From positions 1-63,637 of the forward strand of contig CAYQKM010000004.1 of NCBI GenBank assembly GCA_964418095.1: a stretch of 63,637 bases of DNA, read 5' to 3'. The notes under the pieces were generated by a model that worked only from the letters and a program-made list of their open reading frames with translations, made no database searches and was not told where the DNA came from. Of this stretch, positions 9,735 through 18,235 are shown one piece after another. Position numbers and translations under genes: made by a program. The stretch's first letter is position 1; every line of letters starts with the position of its first letter. The DNA is from Candidatus Woesearchaeota archaeon (GTDB lineage: Archaea > Nanobdellota > Nanobdellia > Pacearchaeales > GW2011-AR1).

Positions 9735-9904
9735 AATTAAAATTCTATATTGATTCTAAAGGAGAAAAAATTTACACTTTAAATGAAGAAATAAAAGGTA
9801 AAAAAACTAATGATGCTCACTACAAATTTGTAAAAGTAAAAAACGCACCTATTCAAAACAGCTTAAAATCCAAAAGAAAGGCTAACTTATATTCTAATTC
9901 TTAA
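9731..9904 (+). CDS. nop10: H/ACA RNP subunit Nop10-like (57 aa, lacks zinc-ribbon cysteines)
   Basis: It is below the ORF-track size cut-off. Hand translation gives MKLKFYIDSKGEKIYTLNEEIKGKKTNDAHYKFVKVKNAPIQNSLKSKRKANLYSNS. The YTL and AH blocks, the size and the position directly after aIF2-alpha fit Nop10. Its ATG overlaps the upstream stop (ATGA). Confidence 0.55.
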   Translation: MKLKFYIDSKGEKIYTLNEEIKGKKTNDAHYKFVKVKNAPIQNSLKSKRKANLYSNS

Positions 9905-9939
9905 TAATTTTTATAAAGCCCTCTTAACAGATAAGTTAT

Positions 9940-10233
9940 ATGGGAAAAATAGTGGTGTACATAAGAGAATATCCTAAAGAAAAGGATCAAGAATATTATG
10001 ACATCATTAAACAAATCAAGGAAAATTGCTTTGATGCAAGCAATGAGGAAAAAAGGTATTTTACTTTTGATGGAAAATTATTTGTAAAAATTTCTCCCAG
10101 TTTAACAACAAGCAACTATCATCAAATTAAAGATGCAAGGATAAGAATAGAGAAGGTTGGACCAAATAGAGAAATAGAATCAAAAATTGAAAAATTACTC
10201 TTAAAAAAAGGATTTAAAAGAGAAAATCTCTAA
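9940..10233 (+). CDS. hypothetical protein
   Basis: 97-aa ORF with coding-like composition. I recognised no family. Confidence 0.4.
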   Translation: MGKIVVYIREYPKEKDQEYYDIIKQIKENCFDASNEEKRYFTFDGKLFVKISPSLTTSNYHQIKDARIRIEKVGPNREIESKIEKLLLKKGFKRENL

Positions 10234-10240
10234 TCCAAGA

Positions 10241-11458
10241 TTAAAACAATTTAGATTGTTCAGACTCTTTAGCTAATTCCCCATATTTCCCATCATAACC
10301 TGGATTAACTTTAATTTTCCCTAATCTATTTTTTAAAATAAGTTCAACTAATTTTTTATTCTCTTGCAATTCACTAAGTAATTCTTCCTCAGGCACATTA
10401 AGAAGAATATTAAATTCAGTTCCAAACCTCTCAATTAAATTATTATAAATCCCCCAAGTCTTTTTGCTTTCGAGTGTTGAGTTAATACTAAATGCAACTA
10501 ACTCATGTAAAGGTAACAAAACATAATACTTTCTTTTATTTCTATTTTCCTCAATTATCTGATCTCTAATTTCAAAAACCCTGCTTGCAACCCCAATAGT
10601 TAAAGGCTTTTTACATACAGGGCAAATACCCTTTAGTATTTTAGTTTCTTCAGGAGAGCAAGAGAAATTACACTCCCTATGACCATCATAATGATAAATA
10701 CCATATCCAGGGTCAGTTTCAATTGTTCCCAAAATAGAATTGTCCCTTATAGAATTTGTAATATCTTGATAAGTGTCTGCTTTCTCAAAAATTGTTGCTT
10801 CTCTTCCTAATCTCCACGGCCAAAAACTATGTGAATCCGAAAAACTCACAATAGATTTATTATTTAATTCAGAAATATTCCAGTTCATTTCAGGAGTTGA
10901 ACTCATTCCAGTTTCAATTGCATGGATGATTTCAAATTGATTTCCAAAAGCTTCTTTTAAACTATCAAACCCAGACTTGCTTCCAAAAACTCCAAAATAA
11001 GGTGTCCAGATATGTGCAGGAATTACTTCTATATCTTCTGAAATATTAAGCATATCTTCAACAAACTTCTCGCAAGATATTTTAAAGATAGGTCTTCCAT
11101 CATAATCCCTTCTTCCTTTACTATCTAAATAAGAATTAATTTTATCTGCCACCTCAAAACTAGGAACAAGCAAAACTAAATGAATTCTTCTTCCTCTTCC
11201 TTGAGTATACATTAAACTAATTTCTCCTGTTAATAAAAATTTAAATCCACTTTTAGAATATAAAATGCCTTTCCTCTCCTCTAAATTGTCTTTTATTTCT
11301 TGAAGCCAAACAGGATGGGTAAAATCTCCTGTTCCAAGCAAGCCTATTCCCTTAACTCTTGCCCATTTTTCTAAATTTTCCAAAGTAATGTTTTTACTGC
11401 ATGCTCTTGAAAACCTTGAATGAATATGTAAATCAACAAAAACTCCCATCTTTTCCAT
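10241..11458 (-). CDS. PHP-domain nuclease, endonuclease Q (EndoQ)-like
   Basis: 405 aa with an N-terminal PHP motif (VDLHIHSRFSRACS...GTGDFTHP) and an internal Cys cluster (HRECNFSCSPEE...GICPVCKKPLTIGV). This matches the EndoQ architecture of a PHP domain plus a Zn finger. Confidence 0.65.
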   Translation of the reverse strand: MEKMGVFVDLHIHSRFSRACSKNITLENLEKWARVKGIGLLGTGDFTHPVWLQEIKDNLEERKGILYSKSGFKFLLTGEISLMYTQGRGRRIHLVLLVPSFEVADKINSYLDSKGRRDYDGRPIFKISCEKFVEDMLNISEDIEVIPAHIWTPYFGVFGSKSGFDSLKEAFGNQFEIIHAIETGMSSTPEMNWNISELNNKSIVSFSDSHSFWPWRLGREATIFEKADTYQDITNSIRDNSILGTIETDPGYGIYHYDGHRECNFSCSPEETKILKGICPVCKKPLTIGVASRVFEIRDQIIEENRNKRKYYVLLPLHELVAFSINSTLESKKTWGIYNNLIERFGTEFNILLNVPEEELLSELQENKKLVELILKNRLGKIKVNPGYDGKYGELAKESEQSKLF

Positions 11459-11508
11459 TATCCAAGTAAAAAATAAAACTTTTTAAACTATAGTATAAAA
11501 TTAAAATA

Positions 11509-11973
11509 ATGGATTCAGAGAAAAAAGAAGAAAGAGCACTAGTTTTAATAAAACCAGATGCAATGGCAAGAAGATTATCTGGAATAGTTATTTATGATTT
11601 AGACCACTTAAATTTAAAGATGATTGGGTTAAAGCTTGTGAGTGTTCAAAAACACTTAGCAGAAAGACACTATGAAATTCATAAAGAAAAACCATTTTAC
11701 AATGATTTATTAAAATATATAATGGGAGAATACCACAATATTAAATCCATTATTGCAATTGCATATGAAGGAGAAAACGCAATACAAAAGCTAAGAGAAT
11801 ATGCTGGAAAAACAAACCCAGATGATGCAGAGCCTTATAGTTTAAGAGGAAGATTTGGTAAAGTAAATTCTAAGACCCATAATTTAGATAATGTGATGCA
11901 CATTTCAGACTCTCCAGAAAATGGGGAAAAAGAAATTTCTATTTGGTTTTCTAATGAAGAGCTAGTTGAGTAG
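11509..11973 (+). CDS. ndk: nucleoside diphosphate kinase
   Basis: Motifs seen are ERALVLIKPDA and RHYEIHKEKPFY, and the active-site block NLDNVMHISDS retains the catalytic His. Confidence 0.9.
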   Translation: MDSEKKEERALVLIKPDAMARRLSGIVIYDLDHLNLKMIGLKLVSVQKHLAERHYEIHKEKPFYNDLLKYIMGEYHNIKSIIAIAYEGENAIQKLREYAGKTNPDDAEPYSLRGRFGKVNSKTHNLDNVMHISDSPENGEKEISIWFSNEELVE

Positions 11974-11994
11974 AAATTCTAATTTTTATCAAAA

Positions 11995-13026
11995 TTATTC
12001 TTTATCACTAATTCCACCAGCATTTACATAATACACACACTCATTGTCAGGCAAATTTGGACTATCAATAAGTTTTGCTACTCTACTCCCTTGTTTTCCT
12101 CTTCTTAAATATAATCTATAAGTTGAAGCATGCCCAACAATATTTCCACCTATTGCAGTTGTAGGATCCCCAAACATTTGTGCAGGATTTGCCATTACCT
12201 GATTTGTAACATAGACAGCTAAATTAGAAGTTTCAGCTAATTTCATTAAATCATGCAAATATCTATTTAATTTTTGTTGCCTATCCGCTAATTGTCCTCT
12301 TCCAGAAAACTCTGCTCTAAAATGAGCAGTCAATGAATCAATAATAAGAAGTTTTATTGGTTCTCCAGCTTTAATCATCTCAGTCACTTTCTCTAATAAA
12401 AGCATTTGGTGATCTGAATTAAATGCTCTTGCAACAAGAATATTTTTTAAGGCATTTTCTGGGTTTGCGCCCAATGCTTCAGAAATTTGTTTTATTCTTC
12501 CAGGCCTAAATGTTCCTTCTGTATCTATAAAAACACATTTGCCATTAGCACCCCCCTGCTCAACAGGCAATTGCACTCTTACTGCTAAAGTCAATCCCAA
12601 CTGAGTTTTTCCAGAACCATATGCTCCAAATGCTTCTGTAATTGCTCTGCTCTCAACTCCTCTTCCTCCCAAAAGTTCATCAAAATTTTTACTTCCTGTG
12701 GTAATATAAGCAACATTTGATCTTCTTTGAGCATACTCAACACCATCTTGAAATCCTAAATCTAGCAGCTCTCTTGCAGCCTGTATCGCTTTTCTTGCAA
12801 CAGCAGGGCTTACACCAGAAACATCTGAAATTGTCGCAGGACTAGAAACAGCCAAAGACATTAAGTCAAAAATCCCTGCACTCTCTAATTTAGCTGCAAC
12901 TGCAGGACCAACACCAGGCAAATCAATTAACCCAGGCTCTTTTTCTGTTTTTTTCTTAGTTTTCTTTTCTGTTTTCTCCTCTTTTTCTTCTATTTCTTCA
13001 TCAATATCTTCTTTTTTAACAGCCAT
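11995..13026 (-). CDS. radA: DNA repair and recombination protein RadA
   Basis: It has an N-terminal HhH (LPGVGPAVAAKLESAG), Walker A (GAYGSGKTQ) and Walker B (LLIIDS). The length of 343 aa also fits. Confidence 0.95.
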   Translation of the reverse strand: MAVKKEDIDEEIEEKEEKTEKKTKKKTEKEPGLIDLPGVGPAVAAKLESAGIFDLMSLAVSSPATISDVSGVSPAVARKAIQAARELLDLGFQDGVEYAQRRSNVAYITTGSKNFDELLGGRGVESRAITEAFGAYGSGKTQLGLTLAVRVQLPVEQGGANGKCVFIDTEGTFRPGRIKQISEALGANPENALKNILVARAFNSDHQMLLLEKVTEMIKAGEPIKLLIIDSLTAHFRAEFSGRGQLADRQQKLNRYLHDLMKLAETSNLAVYVTNQVMANPAQMFGDPTTAIGGNIVGHASTYRLYLRRGKQGSRVAKLIDSPNLPDNECVYYVNAGGISDKE

Positions 13027-13088
13027 ATCAACTCAAATTACAACCAGTTTATAAATATTGTTTGAATTACAAATATATATTCAGGATA

Positions 13089-14018
13089 TTAGTTCTTTTC
13101 CAATTTACTAATAAGTTCATCAAGATTAATTTCCTTAACTCCGTCAACAATAAATTCTTCATTGTTAAAAAAATTATTTTTCCTTACATTGCCTGAAAAT
13201 ATCATTTCCTTTCCTAAAAGCGCTTCCATCTGATAAGAAAGCCTCTCTGAATTTTCTAAATCTTTCAAGCCAATTAAAGATAAATTTTCATTAAATAAAA
13301 CAGCTCTAATTGTTTCTGTTCCATCATCTAAAACAATATTAATTAGTGCCCTCCTATCTGTGGAAACTCCTTGAGCTCTTTCTTCTTCAGTCAACTTTTT
13401 TCCTGTTTCCTTATTCACTTCAAAAAATTTAGGGTTAAATGCTTGAACAATAAATGCCCTTACTGACAATTGATCCCCTAATTTAAATTCAGAAATTGTT
13501 TTCTCTCTAGCTATTCTCTCTGTTTTAACTGCTTCAAGTTGTCTAGTGCTTTTTTTAAATTCAGAAAAGCTTCCCAAATGCATCTCACTCTCTCTCATAG
13601 ACCCATTAACTATCTCTATAACATCTCCTTCTACAATCTCTCCTTTCTCAACTAATGCAATATGATTTGTATCCCATAAAACAACTTTAATATTAGATGT
13701 CTCATCTGCTAAAATAAAATTAAGAACTTTTCCTTCTTCACCTTTTTGTGTTTTAAATGTTCTAACAGGAAAAAGTTTTATGATTTTTCCAAAAATGCTA
13801 ATCTTTCTCATCCCAGGTAAAAGCTCTTCTATCTTTAGTTTTTCATTCTCAAAATTTATTCCAAGCTCAGCAGCAACTATCTGTGCAGCACCTTCTTGAC
13901 TTATTAATCCAGAAAGTTTAGCCCTTTTAGCTTCAATCCTTCTTATTACATCCTCATTTGTAAGTCCAGAATGTTTTGCAATTTTTTCAACAACTCTTTC
14001 ATAATTTTGAAGCGCCAT
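13089..14018 (-). CDS. replication protein A-like ssDNA-binding protein (OB folds)
   Basis: The track start is TTG and the ATG is at 14018 (MALQNYERV). It has an N-terminal helical domain followed by OB-fold repeats (ISIFGKIIKLFPVRTF...KVLNFILADETSNIKVVLWD; LSVRAFIVQAF...IRAVLFNE). Confidence 0.7.
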   Translation of the reverse strand: MALQNYERVVEKIAKHSGLTNEDVIRRIEAKRAKLSGLISQEGAAQIVAAELGINFENEKLKIEELLPGMRKISIFGKIIKLFPVRTFKTQKGEEGKVLNFILADETSNIKVVLWDTNHIALVEKGEIVEGDVIEIVNGSMRESEMHLGSFSEFKKSTRQLEAVKTERIAREKTISEFKLGDQLSVRAFIVQAFNPKFFEVNKETGKKLTEEERAQGVSTDRRALINIVLDDGTETIRAVLFNENLSLIGLKDLENSERLSYQMEALLGKEMIFSGNVRKNNFFNNEEFIVDGVKEINLDELISKLEKN

Positions 14019-14115
14019 TAACAAAAAAAATCAAAGCATTTTATAAGTATTTTGATACTAAAAATAAAACAACAAACTTACAAATATTTATAAATCAAAC
14101 AAATTAAACTAAACT

Positions 14116-14388
14116 ATGGCTGGAATTAATGGAGCAAAATATAAACTGATGCCTGAATCAACAGAAACAGACCTAAAGGAAATAGAGGATGCTGCAAAGA
14201 AAATAGTTGAAAAATTCGGGGGAAATAACAAAGAATATGTTATTGAAAATATAGCATTCGGATTAAAAGCATTAATTGTATTTTTCTTTTATCCTGATGA
14301 TAAAAACATAGATGTCATGGAAGAACTACTCTCAAAAATACCAAATGTAGCTTCAGTTCAACTAGTTGACATGAGAAAAATTGCATAA
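14116..14388 (+). CDS. ef1b: elongation factor aEF-1 beta
   Basis: 90 aa reading KYKLMPESTETDLKEIE...IENIAFGLKALIV...VASVQLVDMRKI. This matches the aEF-1beta pattern. Confidence 0.85.
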   Translation: MAGINGAKYKLMPESTETDLKEIEDAAKKIVEKFGGNNKEYVIENIAFGLKALIVFFFYPDDKNIDVMEELLSKIPNVASVQLVDMRKIA

Positions 14389-14455
14389 ATAACTTATTTT
14401 ATTTTAAAGTTAAAAGATACTAAACACTTATTAACAAGGTTTTTCTTAAAAAATA

Positions 14456-15124
14456 ATGGATTTAGATAAGGAAAAAATATTGAATTTAAAAAATGAAATA
14501 ATTAAAAAAATTTCTTCCTCATTTCCAGAGGATAAAAAAGAGTATGCTATCAACAAAGTAAAAAATATGAGTGATTCTCAATTTATTGAATTTTTAAAAA
14601 ATAATAAATTAGGAGAAGTTATCCAAGAAGATTTAGATTCAGAGACATACTCTCAAGAAGAGCAAAACACTACTCCTTTCAGACTTATTGCAGAAAAAAA
14701 AATCCACTCCTATATTGTAGAAGAAAGTAAAACAGCTCTGGCTGTCCTTGAGATAAATCCAATATCTCCTGGACATATCTTAATCATTCCAAAAAAACCT
14801 ATTTTTAATCAAGAAAAAATTCCTAAGCAGATTGCGGATTTCACAGATAAAATATTTGAAAAAATAAAAAATAATCTAAAACCAAAAGAAATAATATTAG
14901 ACAAAGCCACTATGTTTAAAGAAATAATCATTAACTTAATTCCAATTTATGATAATGAAACTAAAAACTCTCCAAGAAAAAGTGCTTCAGAAGAAGAATT
15001 AAATAAAATTAAAGAGATTTTACAAGAAGAAATAAAACAACTTGACAAATCAAAAATTAAAGAGAAAGAAGAACAACCAATTAAAGAAAAACAATATTTT
15101 AAGCTACCTAAAAGAATCCCTTAA
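14456..15124 (+). CDS. HIT-like domain protein lacking the histidine triad
   Basis: The central block ALAVLEINPISPGHILIIPKKP is HIT-like. At the position of HxHxH the sequence reads IIINLIPIYD. Lys/Glu-rich extensions flank the domain. Confidence 0.45.
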   Translation: MDLDKEKILNLKNEIIKKISSSFPEDKKEYAINKVKNMSDSQFIEFLKNNKLGEVIQEDLDSETYSQEEQNTTPFRLIAEKKIHSYIVEESKTALAVLEINPISPGHILIIPKKPIFNQEKIPKQIADFTDKIFEKIKNNLKPKEIILDKATMFKEIIINLIPIYDNETKNSPRKSASEEELNKIKEILQEEIKQLDKSKIKEKEEQPIKEKQYFKLPKRIP

Positions 15125-15953
15125 TCCCTCCAAAGAAAAAATACGAAATTAAAAGGGCAGCATAACCTATTAAGAAAACGGGCCCAAAAGGAATTCCTTC
15201 TCTAATCTTTACTTTTCTATTCTGTTTTTTCAAAATAGATAACTCTTTTTTATCTAATCCTCCCCATTTTGATTCAATGGTTGTTTTTCCTACTCGAATA
15301 TCGTGATAAAGCCAATCTCCTTCTGTAAGAAATTTTGTTTCAATCTCTTTAATCATGCAAGATTCATCAATAGATTTTGCAGAAAAATAAATATAAGGAG
15401 AAATAAGAAGCAAGAGCGCCAAATAAAATAAAAGATTATTCATAAATGCTAAAAATAAAAGCACTATCCCCATAAAAGTAAGAATATAAAATATCTTTTT
15501 TCCTTTTCTCATCTGATTTAAAAATTCTTTGGAAAAATCTTTTCTATGTCTTACTGCTAAAACTACTCCAAATACTACTCCATAAATAGCTCCAGAAACC
15601 ATAAAAAATAAAAGGAATCCTAAAAAGAAGTACAGATTATCTAAAAAGGAATTAAATATTGGAAGTACTGTTCCTAATGCAATCATAAGTTTAGCATCCC
15701 CCCCTGCAAATATTTTTCCATAATAAAAGAGATTGCCTATTGCAAAAAAAGTTCCAAGCCCGATTAACCCTTGGTAAAAAAAGCTAAACCCATTATCTCC
15801 AAATAATGAAACAAAGAACCTAAATCCCAGTGCAAAAATAATAAGAGAAAAATTTAGCCAGTTAGCAATTTCTCTTTTTTTTAAGTCTTGAATAACTGCA
15901 AATGTAATCCAACATAAAGCCAGTACTATCAAAAACACCTCTCTCATTAACAT
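15108..15953 (-). CDS. A24-family prepilin/preflagellin peptidase (PibD/FlaK-like)
   Basis: It is polytopic, with the two catalytic Asp motifs AVIQDLKKREIANW and IFAGGDAKLMIALG. A soluble insert precedes the last TM (EGIPFGPVFLIG). It is the last gene of the pilus operon. Confidence 0.8.
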   Translation of the reverse strand: MLMREVFLIVLALCWITFAVIQDLKKREIANWLNFSLIIFALGFRFFVSLFGDNGFSFFYQGLIGLGTFFAIGNLFYYGKIFAGGDAKLMIALGTVLPIFNSFLDNLYFFLGFLLFFMVSGAIYGVVFGVVLAVRHRKDFSKEFLNQMRKGKKIFYILTFMGIVLLFLAFMNNLLFYLALLLLISPYIYFSAKSIDESCMIKEIETKFLTEGDWLYHDIRVGKTTIESKWGGLDKKELSILKKQNRKVKIREGIPFGPVFLIGYAALLISYFFFGGIKGFF

Positions 15954-16030
15954 ATAAGAAAATAGTAAATTTAATTTATAAATTTATAGAAAGAAGAATA
16001 ATCCAATAAAAGGAGATATTTGCTGAAAAA

Positions 16031-16144
16031 TTATTTACTTTCTCTTAATCTAAATTTTCCCCCTTTCTTATACGGGTGTTTTTTCTTTTCTTTACGTTTA
16101 TCTTTACCTTTATTTCTCTTTTCAGAACTAGCATAATTAGACAT
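16031..16144 (-). CDS. small very basic protein (37 aa), unassigned
   Basis: It is below the track cut-off. Hand translation gives MSNYASSEKRNKGKDKRKEKKKHPYKKGGKFRLRESK. It lies between the pilin genes and the peptidase on the same strand. Confidence 0.3.
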   Translation of the reverse strand: MSNYASSEKRNKGKDKRKEKKKHPYKKGGKFRLRESK

Positions 16145-16159
16145 ATTAGTAAAATAAAT

Positions 16160-16498
16160 TTAGTTAGGGCAAGTTATTGAGTGACAAGGTTCAATTCCAT
16201 AAGCTCTTGAAATGAATTCTGGTTTACTAGATAACTCGTTACAAGTAGCTTCAAACTTTTCATTTATACCATCTTTAACTTCTCTCTTAACAGTACAAAA
16301 GTCATATGTTACTCCTTTAGAGCAAGCAGTATTACAAGAAGTTGAAATTGTTTCTATATTATTTTTTCCTCCTAACCAAGGAAGCATTTTATCCCATCCG
16401 ATAATAAATCCAATAACTAAAATTACAAGTAAAAGAACGGCCATTACAATAAGAACAACAGCGTTAATACTCATCCCTTGACCTTTTTTGTTTATCAT
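16160..16498 (-). CDS. type IV pilin-like protein (class III signal peptide), Cys-rich
   Basis: The N-terminus is MINKKGQG|MSINAVVLIVMAVLLLVILVIGFII. The globular part contains 6 Cys. Confidence 0.65.
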   Translation of the reverse strand: MINKKGQGMSINAVVLIVMAVLLLVILVIGFIIGWDKMLPWLGGKNNIETISTSCNTACSKGVTYDFCTVKREVKDGINEKFEATCNELSSKPEFISRAYGIEPCHSITCPN

Positions 16499-16596
16499 CT
16501 TCTTTTTTTATATTTATTAATTTAATTACTCAATACTTCTTTAAAAATCTTTCTTTTAGCATTTTTCAATTAACAAATGATTATAAAAGGTAGGTG

Positions 16597-16932
16597 CTAA
16601 TCTGGAAGCCTATATTCCACAGAGAAAATAACTTTTTCCTCAATCCAATTAAATCCCCATTTAGGAGAAATCTTCTTAACTTTCCCAGATAAAGAAAGAT
16701 GGTCTAAATTATTCCTCTCAATTTGCTCATTTGCTTTCTCCATTAAATCTACTCCAACAAATGATTTATTTATTTTATTTATAGAGTAAATAAAGCTAAA
16801 CAATGCCAAAATACAAACCCCAAAAACTCCTACAATAAGAACAGTTAAAGGAATGTCTCCTCTCTTATCTCTAATCATGCTTCTATGATTCATCATAATT
16901 TTATTACCTATTTTACCCTTATTATTCATCAT
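16597..16932 (-). CDS. type IV pilin-like protein
   Basis: It contains ...MIRDKRG|DIPLTVLIVGVFGVCILALFSF. Several in-frame ATGs are present, and the true start may be the internal one at 16878. Confidence 0.55.
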   Translation of the reverse strand: MMNNKGKIGNKIMMNHRSMIRDKRGDIPLTVLIVGVFGVCILALFSFIYSINKINKSFVGVDLMEKANEQIERNNLDHLSLSGKVKKISPKWGFNWIEEKVIFSVEYRLPD

Positions 16933-17185
16933 ACTCTCCTTCTTTAGAAATCCAAAGAGTGATTATATTTCTATTTTCTGGATTAATAGAATAAGCTAAT
17001 TTAGTTTTAGTGTTAATCCAATCAACTTCTTTACTTGAATCAGATTGAGAGGTTGTTTTAAGAGATTTTACTTTTGATAAAGACGCAGAAATAAAAATAA
17101 AAGTAATTAAGATTGCCACTAAAACAATTGTAGCAATTATCCATGTTATTGTTTCTCCCACCTGTGCCTTTTTATTATTTAACAT
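16922..17185 (-). CDS. type IV pilin-like protein
   Basis: The N-terminus is MLNNKKA|QVGETITWIIATIVLVAILITFIF. It overlaps both neighbours by 11 nt. Confidence 0.6.
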   Translation of the reverse strand: MLNNKKAQVGETITWIIATIVLVAILITFIFISASLSKVKSLKTTSQSDSSKEVDWINTKTKLAYSINPENRNIITLWISKEGEYDE

Positions 17186-17765
17186 TTTTCTCAGACTTCC
17201 CTACTCCTCCTAAAACTTTTATTAGATATTGATTATTATCTTTGTCCACTGCATAAAATCTTCTCTCAGTGCATTTAGCTAATTTCAAATACTCTTTAGA
17301 CTTGCTTTTTTTAATATAACACTGACTCTCCCAATTAAGATTTCCATCATATAAAATTAACAAAGGACTCTCAACTTCCTCCACATCATAAATTTCTATT
17401 TTATAGAAGTATTGTGGAATGTTTTGTTCTTCATATTCCTCTTCCACATTAAAAGTGATTTTGCATAACTTAGTAAAATGATTGTTAAGCTCAGGGTCAA
17501 ATTGATTATCTAAAAAAAGGTCTTCATTAAGAATCCCATTTCTAGAAATGCAATCAGCAAGTTTCTGCACAAGGGTATCTGATTCTATTTCCCTTACATC
17601 TAATGGAGAAGAATAAAATAATAAGGCCATTGAAAATACTCCTCCTGCAACTAAAGTTAAAACAACAAACCAATAAATTGAAAGTAACTTATCTGTTCCT
17701 CTCTTATCTGCCAATAGTTTGGATTTTATTGCATAATTATAAAAAAATAATTTATTTGGATTCAT
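17175..17765 (-). CDS. type IV pilin-like protein
   Basis: It contains ...LLADKRG|TDKLLSIYWFVVLTLVAGGVFSMALLF. The pre-cleavage leader is longer than in the neighbouring pilin-like ORFs. Confidence 0.5.
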   Translation of the reverse strand: MNPNKLFFYNYAIKSKLLADKRGTDKLLSIYWFVVLTLVAGGVFSMALLFYSSPLDVREIESDTLVQKLADCISRNGILNEDLFLDNQFDPELNNHFTKLCKITFNVEEEYEEQNIPQYFYKIEIYDVEEVESPLLILYDGNLNWESQCYIKKSKSKEYLKLAKCTERRFYAVDKDNNQYLIKVLGGVGKSEKNVK

Positions 17766-17779
17766 TTTAAATAAAATTT

Positions 17780-18181
17780 TTAGCTCTTTTCATATACCAT
17801 AAATAAGTACATTCCAGTATATTCTCCATTTTCATCTTTAATTGCTTTTGAAAATACCTCAACATCATTAAAAAAAGCATAAGAGTATCCTCCTTTTTCA
17901 GTTAATTTAACTGTCACAATATTCTCTTGTATTCTCACAATTTCACTAAATTCAATATCTTTCGAGTCAGATATTTTCTTCCCTTTTTCTAAATCCATTT
18001 GTATTGCCATAACAGGTTTTGCAGAGTCAATAACCATTGAAATTTGTTTTGCATAAGTTTCCTCTAAAATGATTGCACCTTCTCCTTGTTTAAGTAAAAA
18101 TAAAACAAGTATTGAAATGAAAAGCAAGTTAAGAATTAAAAAAACAATATTCTCAACAAGAATTACCCCTCTTTTTTCCAT
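17780..18181 (-). CDS. type IV pilin-like protein (Glu at +5)
   Basis: The N-terminus is MEKRG|VILVENIVFLILNLLFISILVLFLL. Confidence 0.6.
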   Translation of the reverse strand: MEKRGVILVENIVFLILNLLFISILVLFLLKQGEGAIILEETYAKQISMVIDSAKPVMAIQMDLEKGKKISDSKDIEFSEIVRIQENIVTVKLTEKGGYSYAFFNDVEVFSKAIKDENGEYTGMYLFMVYEKS

Positions 18182-18235
18182 ACAAATATAATATTGAGTG
18201 AATTAATAAAAGTAACTAATCTAAAAATTAGAAAA

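Noticed and set aside
16031-16144. Assigning the 37-aa basic ORF to a ribosomal protein family (L41e/S30e-like)
   Set aside because: The composition fits, but no diagnostic motif is recognisable and the operon context is the pilus locus. It is kept as an unassigned low-confidence ORF.
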